From: Eledone cirrhosa
Taxonomy: Eukaryota
Length of the DNA: 64,000 nt
Reading direction: 5' to 3'
NCBI GenBank assembly: GCA_964016885.1
Contig: OZ024744.1
Span: 47,802,001-47,866,000 of the forward strand
The notes under the pieces were generated by a model. That model saw only the letters and a list, made by a program, of their open reading frames with translations, ran no database searches and had not been told where the DNA came from. Positions 30,784 through 45,299 of this stretch are shown here, piece by piece (position 1 is the stretch's first letter; each line of letters opens with the position of its first letter). The translations under genes and the position numbers were made by a program.

Positions 30784-33700
30784 ACAGAACACCAACCACA
30801 CTAGACTATCAAGAACAGAACACCAACCACATTAGTCTATCAAGACCAGAACACCAACCACATCACATTAGCCTATCAAGAACAGAACACCAACCACATT
30901 AGACTATCAAGACCAGAACACCAACCACATTAGACTATCAAGACAAGAACACCAACCACATCACATTAGACTATCAAGACTAGAACACCAACCACATCAG
31001 ATTAGACTATCCTGACCAGAACACCAACCACATTAGACTATCAAGAACAGAACTCCAACCACATTACACTATCAAGACCAGAACACCAACCACATCACAT
31101 TAGACTATCAAGACCAGAACACCAACCACATCACATTAGACTATCAAGACCAGAACACCAACCACATTAGACTATCATGACCAGAACACCAACCACATTA
31201 GACTATCAAGACCATAACACCAACCACATCACATCAGACTATCAAGAGCAGAACACCAACCACATTAGACTATCAAGACCAGAACACCAACCACATTAGA
31301 CTATCAAGACCAGACCACCAACCACATTAGACTATCAAGACCAGAACACCAACCACATTAGACTATCAAGACCAGAACACCAACCACATTAGACTATCAA
31401 GACCAGAACACCAACCACATTAGACTATCAAGACCAGAACACCAACCACATTAGACTATCAAGACCAGAACACCAACCACATTAGACTATCAAGACCAGA
31501 ACACCAACCACATCACATAAGACTATCAAGACCAGAACATAAACCACATCACATTAGACTATCAAGACCAGAACACCAACCACATCACATTAGACTATCA
31601 AGACCAGAACACCAACCACATCACATTAGACTATCAAGACCTGAACACCAACCACATCACATTAGACTATCAAGACCAGAACACCAACAACATCACATTA
31701 GACTATCAAGACCAGAACACCAACCACATTAGACTATCAAGAACAGAACACCAACAACATTAGACTATCAAGACCATAACACCAACCACATTAGACTATC
31801 AAGAACAGAACACCAACCACATTAGACTATCAAGACCAGAACACCAACAACAATAGACTATCAAGACCAGAACACCAACCACATTAGACTATCAGGAACA
31901 GAACACCAACCACATTAGACTATCAAGACCAGACCACCAACCACATTAGACTATCAAGAACAGAATACCAACCACATTAGACTATCAAGAACAGAACACC
32001 AACCACATTAGACTATCAAGACCAGAACACCAACCACATCACATTAGCCTATCAAGAACAGAACACCAACCACATTAGACTATCAAGACCAGAACACCAA
32101 CCACATTAGACTATCAAAACCAGAACACCAACCACATCACATTAGACTAGCAAGACCAGAACACCACCCACATTAGACTATCAAGACCAGAACACCAACC
32201 ACATCACATTAGAATATCAAGACCAGAACACCAACCATATCACATTAGACTATCAAGACCTGAACACCAACCACATCACATTAGACTATCAAGAACAGAA
32301 CACCAACAACATTAGACTATCAAGACCATAACACCCACCACATTAGACTATCTAGAACAGAATACCAACCACATTAGACTATCAAGACCAGAACACCAAC
32401 AACAATAGACTATCAAGACCAGAACACCAACCACATTAGACTATCAAGAACAGAACACCAACCACATTAGACTATCAAGACCAGAACACCAACCACATTA
32501 GACTATCAAGAACAGAACACCAACCACACTAGACTATCAAGAACAGAACACCAACCACATTAGTCTATCAAGACCAGAACACCAACCACATCACATTAGC
32601 CTATCAAGAACAGAACACCAACCACATTAGACTATCAAGACCAGAACACCAACCACATTAGACTATCAAGACCAGAACACCAACCACATCAGATTAGACT
32701 ATCCTGACCAGAACACCAACCACATTAGACTATCAAGAACAGAACTCCAACCACATTACACTATCAAGACCAGAACACCAACCACATCACATTAGACTAT
32801 CAAGACCAGAACACCAACCACATCACATTAGACTATCAAGACCAGAACACCAACCACATTAGACTATCATGACCAGAACACCAACCACATTAGACTATCA
32901 AGACCATAACACCAACCACATCACATCAGACTATCAAGAGCAGAACACCAACCACATTAGACTATCAAGACCAGAACACCAACCACATTAGACTATCAAG
33001 ACCAGAACACCAACCACATTAGACTATCAAGACCAGAACACCAACCACATTAGACTATCAAGACCAGAACACCAACCACATTAGACTATCAAGACCAGAA
33101 CACCAACCACATTAGACTATCAAGACCAGAACACCAACCACATTAGACTATCAAGACCAGAACACCAACCACATTAGACTATCAAGACCAGAACACCAAC
33201 CACATCACATAAGACTATCAAGACCAGAACATAAACCACATCACATTAGTCTATCAAGACCAGAACACCAACCACATCACATTAGACTATCAAGACCAGA
33301 ACACCAACCACATCACATTAGACTATCAAGACCTGAACACCAACCACATCACATTAGACTATCAAGACCAGAACACCAACAACATCACATTAGACTATCA
33401 AGACCAGAACACCAACCACATTAGACTATCAAGAACAGAACACCAACAACATTAGACTATCAAGACCATAACACCAACCACATTAGACTATCAAGAACAG
33501 AACACCAACCATATTAGACTATCAAGACCAGAACACCAACAACAATAGACTATCAAGACCAGAACACCAACCACATTAGACTATCAAGAACAGAACACCA
33601 ACCACATTAGACTATCAAGACAAGAACACCAACCACATTAGAGTATCAAGAACAGAACACCAACCACATTAGACTATCAAGAACAGAACACCAACCACAT

Positions 33701-36700
33701 TAGACTATCAAGACCAGAACACCAACCACATCACATTAGCCTATCAAGAACAGAACACCAACCACATTAGACTATCAAGACCAGAACTCCAACCACATTA
33801 GACTATCAAAACCAGAACACCAACCACATCACATTAGACTATCAAGACCAGAACACCAACCACATTAGACTATCAAGACCAGAACACCAACCACATCACA
33901 TTAGAATATCCAGACCAGAACACCAACCATATCACATTAGACTATCAAGATCTGAACACCAACCACATCACATTAGAATATCAAGACCAGAACACCAACA
34001 ACATCACATTAGACTATCAAGACCAGAACACCAACCACATTAGACTATCAAGAACATAACACCAACAACATTAGACTATCAAGACCAGAACACCAACAAC
34101 ATTAGACTATCAAGACCAGAACACCAACCACATTAGACTATCAAGAACAGAACACCAACCACATTAGACTATCAAGAACAGAACACCAACCACATTAGAC
34201 TATCAAGACCAGAACACCAACAACATCACATTAGCCTATCAAGAACAGAACACCAACCACATTAGACTATCAAGACCAGAACACCAACCACATTAGACTA
34301 TCAAGACCAGAACACCAACCACATCACATTAGACTATCAATACCAGAACACCAACCACATTAGACTATCAAGACCAGAACACCAACCACATCACATTAGA
34401 ATATCAAGACCAGAACACCAACCACATCACATTAGACTATCAGGACCTGAACACCAACCACATCACATTAGACTATCAACACCAGAACACCAACAACATC
34501 ACATTAGACTATCAAGACCAGAACACCAACCACATTAGACTATCAAGAACATAACACCAGCAACATTAGACTGTCAAGACCATAACACCAACCACATTAG
34601 ACTATCAAGAACAGAACACCAACCACATTAGACTATCAAGACCAGAACACCAACCACATTAGACTATCAAGACCAGAACACCAACCACATCACATTAGAC
34701 TATCAAGACCAGAACACCAACCACATCACATTAGACTATCAAGACCTGAACACCAACCACATCACATTAGACTATCAAGACCAGAACACCAACAACATCA
34801 CATTAGACTATCAAGACCAGAACACCAACCACATTAGACTATCAAGAACAGAACACCAACAACATTAGTCTATCAAGACCATAACACCAACCACATTAGA
34901 CTATCAAGAACAGAACACCAACCACATTAGACTATCAAGACCAGAACACCAACAACAATAGACTATCAAGACCAGAACACCAACCACATTAGAGTATCAA
35001 GAACAGAACACCAACCACATTAGACTATCAAGACCAGAACACCAACCACATTAGACTATCAAGAACAGAAAACCAACCACATTAGACTATCAAGAACAGA
35101 ACACCAACCACATTAGACTATCAAGACCAGAACACCAACCACATCACATTAGCCTATCAAGAACAGAACACCAACCACATTAGACTATCAAGACCAGAAC
35201 ACCAACCACATTAGACTATCAAAACCAGAACACCAACCACATCACATTAGACTATCAAGACCAGAACAGCACCCACATTAGACTATCAAGACCAGAACAC
35301 CAACCACATCACATTAGAATATCAAGACCAGAACACCAACCATATCACATTAGACTATCAAGACCTGAACACCAACCACATCACATTAGACTATCAAGAC
35401 CAGAACACCAACAACATCACATTAGACTATCAAGACCAGAACACCAACCACATTAGACTATCAAGAACATAACACCAACAACATTAGACTATCAAGACCA
35501 TAACACCAACCACATTAGACTATCAAGAACAGAATACCAACCACATTAGACTATCAAGACCAGAACACCAACAACAAAAGACTATCAAGACCAGAACACC
35601 AACCACATTAGACTATCAAGAACAGAACACCAACCACATTAGACTATCAAGACCAGAACACCAACCACATTAGACTATCAAGAACAGAACACCAACCACA
35701 TTAGACTATCAAGAACAGAACACCAAACACATTAGACTATCAAGACCAGAACACCAACCACATCACATTAGCCTATCAAGAACAGAACACCAACCACATT
35801 AGACTATCAAGACCAGAACACCAACCACATTAGACTATCAAGACAAGAACACCAACCACATCACATTAGACTATCAAGACCAGAACACCAACCACATTAG
35901 ACTATCAAGACCAGAACACCAACCACATCACATTAGAATATCAAAACCAGAACACCAACCACATCACATTAGACTATCAAAACCTGAACACCAACCACAT
36001 CACATTAGACTATCAAGACCAGAACACCAACAACATCACATTAGACTATCAAGACCAGAACACCAACCACATTAGACTATCAAGAACAGAACACCAACAA
36101 CATTAGACTATCAAGACCATAACACCAACCACATTAGACTATCAAGAACAGAACACCAACCACATTAGACTATCAAGACCAGAACACCAACAACATTAGA
36201 CTATCAAGACCAGAACACCAACCACATTAGACTATCAAGGACAGAACACCAACCATATTAGACTATCAAGACCAGAACACCAACCACATTAGACTATCAA
36301 GAACAGAACACCAACCACATTAGACTATCAAGAACAGAACACCAACCACATTAGACTATCAAGACCAGAACACCAACAACAATAGACTATCAAGACCAGA
36401 ACACCAACCACATTAGACTATCAAGAACAGAACACCAACCATATTAGACTATCAAGACCAGAACACCAACCACATTAGACTATCAAGAACAGAACACCAA
36501 CCACATTAGACTATCAAGAACAGAACACCAACCACATTAGACTATCAAGACCAGAACAACAACCACATTAGACTATCAAGACCAGAACACCAACCACATC
36601 ACATTAGACTATCAAGACCAGAACACCAACCACATTAGACTATCAAGACCAGAACACCAACCACATCACATTAGACTATCAAGACCAGAACACCAACCAC

Positions 36701-39700
36701 ATCACATTAGACTATCAAGACCTGAACACCAACCTCATCACATTAGACTATCAAGACCAGAACACCAACAACATCACATTAGACTATCAAGACCAGAACA
36801 CCAACCACATTAGACTATCAAGAACAGAACACCAACAACATTAGACTATCAAGACCATAACACCAACCACATTAGACTATCAAGAACAGAACACCAACCA
36901 CATTAGACTATCAAGACCAGAACACCAACAACAATAGACTATCAAGACCAGAACACCAACCACATTAGACTATCAAGAACAGAACACCAACCACATTAGA
37001 CTATCAAGACCAGACCACCAACCACATTAGACTATCAAGAACAGAATACCAACCACATTAGACTATCAAGAACAGAACACCAACCACATTAGACTATCAA
37101 GACCAGAACACCAACCACATCACATTAGCCTATCAAGAACAGAACACCAACCACATTAGACTATCAAGACCAGAACACCAACCACATTAGACTATCAAAA
37201 CCAGAACACCAACCACATCACATTAGACTATCAAGACCAGAACACCACCCACATTAGACTATCAAGACCAGAACACCAACCACATCACATTAGAATATCA
37301 AGACCAGAACACCAACCATATCACATTAGACTATCAAGACCTGAACACCAACCACATCACATTAGACTATCAAGACCAGAACACCAACAACATCACATTA
37401 GACTATCAAGACCAGAACACAAACCACATTAGACTATCAAGAACATAACACCAACAACATTAGACTATCAAGACCATAACACCCACCACATTAGACTATC
37501 TAGAACAGAATACCAACCACATTAGACTATCAAGACCAGAACACCAACAACAATAGACTATCAAGACCAGAACACCAACCACATTAGACTATCAAGAACA
37601 GAACACCAACCACATTAGACTATCAAGACCAGAACACCAACCACATTAGACTATCAAGAACAGAACACCAACCACACTAGACTATCAAGAACAGAACACC
37701 AACCACATTAGTCTATCAAGACCAGAACACCAACCACATCACATTAGCCTATCAAGAACAGAACACCAACCACATTAGACTATCAAGACCAGAACACCAA
37801 CCACATTAGACTATCAAGACAAGAACACCAACCACATCACATTAGACTATCAAGACCAGAACACCAACCACATCAGATTAGACTATCCTGACCAGAACAC
37901 CAACCACATTAGACTATCAAGAACAGAACTCCAACCACATTACACTATCAAGACCAGAACACCAACCACATCACATTAGACTATCAAGACCAGAACACCA
38001 ACCACATCACATTAGACTATCAAGACCAGAACACCAACCACATTAGACTATCATGACCAGAACACCAACCACATTAGACTATCAAGACCATAACACCAAC
38101 CACATCACATCAGACTATCAAGAGCAGAACACCAACCACATTAGACTATCAAGACCAGAACACCAACCACATTAGACTATCAAGACCAGAACACCAACCA
38201 CATTAGACTATCAAGACCAGAACACCAACCACATTAGACTATCAAGACCATAACACCAACCACATCACATCAGACTATCAAGAGCAGAACACCAACCACA
38301 TTAGACTATCAAGACCAGAACACCAACCACATTAGACTATCAAGACCAGAACACCAACCACATTAGACTATCAAGACCAGAACACCAACCACATTAGACT
38401 ATCAAGACCAGAACACCAACCACATTAGACTATCAAGACCAGAACACCAACCACATTAGACTATCAAGACCAGAACACCAACCACATTAGACTATCAAGA
38501 CCAGAACACCAACCACATCACATAAGACTATCAAGACCAGAACATAAACCACATCACATTAGACTATCAAGACCAGAACACCAACCACATCACATTAGAC
38601 TATCAAGACCAGAACACCAACCACATCACATTAGACTATCAAGACCTGAACACCAACCACATCACATTAGACTATCAAGACCAGAACACCAACAACATCA
38701 CATTAGACTATCAAGACCAGAACACCAACCACATTAGACTATCAAGAACAGAACACCAACAACATTAGACTATCAAGACCATAACACCAACCACATTAGA
38801 CTATCAAGAACAGAACACCAACCACATTAGACTATCAAGACCAGAACACCAACCACAATAGGCTATCAAGACCAGAACACCAACCACATTAGACTATCAA
38901 TAACAGAACACCAACCACATTAGACTATCAAGACAAGAACACCAACCACATTAGACTATCAAAACCAGAACACCAACCACATCACATTAGACTATCAAGA
39001 CCAGAACACCAACCACATTAGACTATCAAGACCAGAACACCAACCACATCACATTAGAATATCCAGACCAGAACACCAACCATATCACATTAGACTATCA
39101 AGACCTGAACACCAACAACATCACATTAGACTATCAAGACCAGAACACCAACAACATCACATTAGACTATCAAGACCAGAACACCAACCACATTAGACTA
39201 TCAAGAACATAACACCAACAACATTAGACTATCAAGAACATAACACCAACCACATTAGACTATCAAGAACAGAACACCAACCACATTAGACTATCAAGAA
39301 CAGAATACCAACCACATTAGACTATCAAGACCAGAACACCAACAACATCACATTAGCCTATCAAGAACAGAACACCAACCACATTAGACTATCAAGACCA
39401 GAACACCAACCACATTAGACTATCAAGACCAGAACACCAACCACATCACATTAGACTATCAAGACCAGAACACCAACCACATTAGACTATCAAGACCAGA
39501 ACACCAACCACATCACATTAGAATATCAAGACCAGAACACCAATCACATCACATTAGACTATCAAGACCTGAACACCAACCACATCACATTAGACTATCA
39601 ACACCAGAACACCAACAACATCACATTAGACTATCAAGACCAGAACACCAACCACATTAGACTATCAAGAACATAACACCAGCAACATTAGACTATCAAG

Positions 39701-42700
39701 ACCATAACACCAACCACATTAGACTATCAAGAACAGAACACCAACCACATTAGACTATCAAGACCAGAACACCAACAACAATAGACTATCAAGACCAGAA
39801 CACCAACCACATTAGACTATCAAGAACAGAACACCAACCATATTAGACTATCAAGACCAGAACACCAACCACATTAGACTATCAAGAACAGAACACCAAC
39901 CACATTAGACTATCAAGAACAGAACACCAACCACATTAGACTATCAAGACCAGAACAACAACCACATTAGACTATCAAGACCAGAACACCAACCACATCA
40001 CATTAGACTATCAAGACCAGAACACCAACCACATTAGACTATCAAGACCAGAACACCAACCACATCACATTAGACTATCAAGACCAGAACACCAACCACA
40101 TCACATTAGACTATCAAGACCTGAACACCAACCTCATCACATTAGACTATCAAGACCAGAACACCAACAACATCACATTAGACTATCAAGACCAGAACAC
40201 CAACCACATTAGACTATCAAGAACAGAACACCAACAACATTAGACTATCAAGACCATAACACCAACCACATTAGACTATCAAGAACAGAACACCAACCAC
40301 ATTAGACTATCAAGACCAGAACACCAACAACAATAGACTATCAAGACCAGAACACCAACCACATTAGACTATCAAGAACAGAACACCAACCACATTAGAC
40401 TATCAAGACCAGACCACCAACCACATTAGACTATCAAGAACAGAATACCAACCACATTAGACTATCAAGAACAGAACACCAACCACATTAGACTATCAAG
40501 ACCAGAACACCAACCACATCACATTAGCCTATCAAGAACAGAACACCAACCACATTAGACTATCAAGACCAGAACACCAACCACATTAGACTATCAAAAC
40601 CAGAACACCAACCACATCACATTAGACTATCAAGACCAGAACACCACCCACATTAGACTATCAAGACCAGAACACCAACCACATCACATTAGAATATCAA
40701 GACCAGAACACCAACCATATCACATTAGACTATCAAGACCTGAACACCAACCACATCACATTAGACTATCAAGACCAGAACACCAACAACATCACATTAG
40801 ACTATCAAGACCAGAACACAAACCACATTAGACTATCAAGAACATAACACCAACAACATTAGACTATCAAGACCATAACACCCACCACATTAGACTATCT
40901 AGAACAGAATACCAACCACATTAGACTATCAAGACCAGAACACCAACAACAATAGACTATCAAGACCAGAACACCAACCACATTAGACTATCAAGAACAG
41001 AACACCAACCACATTAGACTATCAAGACCAGAACACCAACCACATTAGACTATCAAGAACAGAACACCAACCACACTAGACTATCAAGAACAGAACACCA
41101 ACCACATTAGTCTATCAAGACCAGAACACCAACCACATCACATTAGCCTATCAAGAACAGAACACCAACCACATTAGACTATCAAGACCAGAACACCAAC
41201 CACATTAGACTATCAAGACAAGAACACCAACCACATCACATTAGACTATCAAGACTAGAACACCAACCACATCAGATTAGACTATCCTGACCAGAACACC
41301 AACCACATTAGACTATCAAGAACAGAACTCCAACCACATTACACTATCAAGACCAGAACACCAACCACATCACATTAGACTATCAAGACCAGAACACCAA
41401 CCACATCACATTAGACTATCAAGACCAGAACACCAACCACATTAGACTATCATGACCAGAACACCAACCACATTAGACTATCAAGACCATAACACCAACC
41501 ACATCACATCAGACTATCAAGAGCAGAACACCAACCACATTAGACTATCAAGACCAGAACACCAACCACATTAGACTATCAAGACCAGAACACCAACCAC
41601 ATTAGACTATCAAGACCAGAACACCAACCACATTAGACTATCAAGACCAGAACACCAACCACATTAGACTATCAAGACCAGAACACCAACCACATTAGAC
41701 TATCAAGACCAGAACACCAACCACATTAGACTATCAAGACCAGAACACCAACCACATTAGACTATCAAGACCAGAACACCAACCACATCACATAAGACTA
41801 TCAAGACCAGAACATAAACCACATCACATTAGACTATCAAGACCAGAACACCAACCACATCACATTAGACTATCAAGACCAGAACACCAACCACATCACA
41901 TTAGACTATCAAGACCTGAACACCAACCACATCACATTAGACTATCAAGACCAGAACACCAACAACATCACATTAGACTATCAAGACCAGAACACCAACC
42001 ACATTAGACTATCAAGAACAGAACACCAACAACATTAGACTATCAAGACCATAACACCAACCACATTAGACTATCAAGAACAGAACACCAACCATATTAG
42101 ACTATCAAGACCAGAACACCAACAACAATAGACTATCAAGACCAGAACACCAACCACATTAGACTATCAAGAACAGAACACCAACCACATTAGACTATCA
42201 AGACAAGAACACCAACCACATTAGAGTATCAAGAACAGAACACCAACCACATTAGACTATCAAGAACAGAACACCAACCACATTAGACTATCAAGACCAG
42301 AACACCAACCACATCACATTAGCCTATCAAGAACAGAACACCAACCACATTAGACTATCAAGACCAGAACTCCAACCACATTAGACTATCAAAACCAGAA
42401 CACCAACCACATCACATTAGACTATCAAGACCAGAACACCAACCACATTAGACTATCAAGACCAGAACACCAACCACATCACATTAGAATATCCAGACCA
42501 GAACACCAACCATATCACATTAGACTATCAAGATCTGAACACCAACCACATCACATTAGAATATCAAGACCAGAACACCAACAACATCACATTAGACTAT
42601 CAAGACCAGAACACCAACCACATTAGACTATCAAGAACATAACACCAACAACATTAGACTATCAAGACCAGAACACCAACAACATTAGACTATCAAGACC

Positions 42701-45299
42701 AGAACACCAACCACATTAGACTATCAAGAACAGAACACCAACCACATTAGACTATCAAGAACAGAACACCAACCACATTAGACTATCAAGACCAGAACAC
42801 CAACAACATCACATTAGCCTATCAAGAACAGAACACCAACCACATTAGACTATCAAGACCAGAACACCAACCACATTAGACTATCAAGGCCAGAACACCA
42901 ACCACATCACATTAGACTATCAATACCAGAACACCAACCACATTAGACTATCAAGACCAGAACACCAACCACATCACATTAGAATATCAAGACCAGAACA
43001 CCAACCACATCACATTAGACTATCAAGACCTGAGCACCAACGACATCACATTAGACTATCAACACCAGAACACCAACAACATCACATTAGACTATCAAGA
43101 CCAGAACACCAACCACATTAGACTATCAAGAACATAACACCAGCAACATTAGACTATCAAGACCATAACACCAACCACATTAGACTATCAAGAACAGAAC
43201 ACCAACCACATTAGACTATCAAGACCAGAACACCAACCACATTAGACTATCAAGACCAGAACACCAACCACATCACATTAGACTATCAAGACCAGAACAC
43301 CAACCACATCACATTAGACTATCAAGACCAGAACACCAACAACATCACATTAGACTATCAAGACCAGAACACCAACCACATTAGACTATCAAGAACAGAA
43401 CACCAACAACATTAGTCTATCAAGACCATAACATCAACCACATTAGACTATCAAGAACAGAACACGAACCACATTAGACTATCAAGACCAGAACACCAAC
43501 AACAATAGACTATCAAGACCAGAACACCAACCACATTAGAGTATCAAGAACAGAACACCAACCACATTAGACTATCAAGACCAGAACACCAACCACATTA
43601 GACTATCAAGAACAGAAAACCAACCACATTAGACTATCAAGAACAGAACACCAACCACATTAGACTATCAAGACCAGAACACCAACCACATCACATTAGC
43701 CTATCAAGAACAGAACACCAACCACATTAGACTATCAAGACCAGAACACCAACCACATTAGACTATCAAAACCAGAACACCAACCACATCACATTAGACT
43801 ATCAAGACCAGAACAGCACCCACATTAGACTATCAAGACCAGAACACCAACCACATCACATTAGAATATCAAGACCAGAACACCAACCATATCACATTAG
43901 ACTATCAAGACCTGAACACCAACCACATCACATTAGACTATCAAGACCAGAACACCAACAACATCACATTAGACTATCAAGACCAGAACACCAACCACAT
44001 TAGACTATCAAGAACATAACACCAACAACATTAGACTATCAAGACCATAACACCAACCACATTAGACTATCAAGAACAGAATACCAACCACATTAGACTA
44101 TCAAGACCAGAACACCAACAACAAAAGACTATCAAGACCAGAACACCAACCACATTAGACTATCAAGAACAGAACACCAACGACATTAGACTATCAAGAC
44201 CAGAACACCAACCACATTAGACTATCAAGAACAGAACACCAACCACATTAGACTATCAAGAACAGAACACCAAACACATTAGACTATCAAGACCAGAACA
44301 CCAACCACATCACATTAGCCTATCAAGAACAGAACACCAACCACATTAGACTATCAAGACCAGAACAACAACCACATTAGACTATCAAGACAAGAACACC
44401 AACCACATCACATTAGACTATCAAGACCAGAACACCAACCACATTAGACTATCAAGACCAGAACACCAACCACATCACATTAGAATATCAAAACCAGAAC
44501 ACCAACCACATCACATTAGACTATCAAAACCTGAACACCAACCACATCACATTAGACTATCAGGACCAGAACACCAACAACATCACATTAGACTATCAAG
44601 ACCAGAACACCAACCACATTAGACTATCAAGAACAGAACACCAACAACATTAGACTATCAAGACCATAACACCAACCACATTAGACTATCAAGAACAGAA
44701 CACCAACCACATTAGACTATCAAGACCAGAACACCAACAACATTAGACTATCAAGACCAGAACACCAACCACATTAGACTATCAAGGACAGAACACCAAC
44801 CATATTAGACTATCAAGACCAGAACACCAACCACATTAGACTATCAAGAACAGAACACCAACCACATTAGACTATCAAGAACAGAACACCAACCACATTA
44901 GACTATCAAGACCAGAACACCAACCACATCACATTAGCCTATCAAGAACAGAACACCAACCACATTAGACTATCAAGACCAGAACACCAACCACATTAGA
45001 CTATCAAGAACAGAACACAAACCACATTAGACTATCAAGACCAGAACACCAACCACATTAGACTATCAAGACCAGAACACCAAACACATTACACTATCAA
45101 GAACAGAACACCAACCACATTAGACTATCAAGAACAGAACACCAACCACATTAGACTATCAAGAACAGAACACCAACCACATTAGACTATCAAGACCAGA
45201 ACACCAACCACATTAGACTATCAAGAACAGAACACCAACCACATTAGACTATCAAGAACAGAACACCAACCACATTAGACTATCAAGAACAGAACACAA

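Larger units (their letters stand above)
12123..38405 (+). repeat. Near-perfect tandem duplication with period 13,112 bp (about 12123-25293 and 25235-38405)
   Basis: Marker pairs are offset by exactly 13,112: TAGACTAGCA 15781/28893, 17411/30523 and 19031/32143; AATAGGC 13840/26952; CAGGAAC 18781/31893; AGATCT 20836/33948; TCTAGA 12482/25594 and 24387/37499. Confidence 0.92.
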
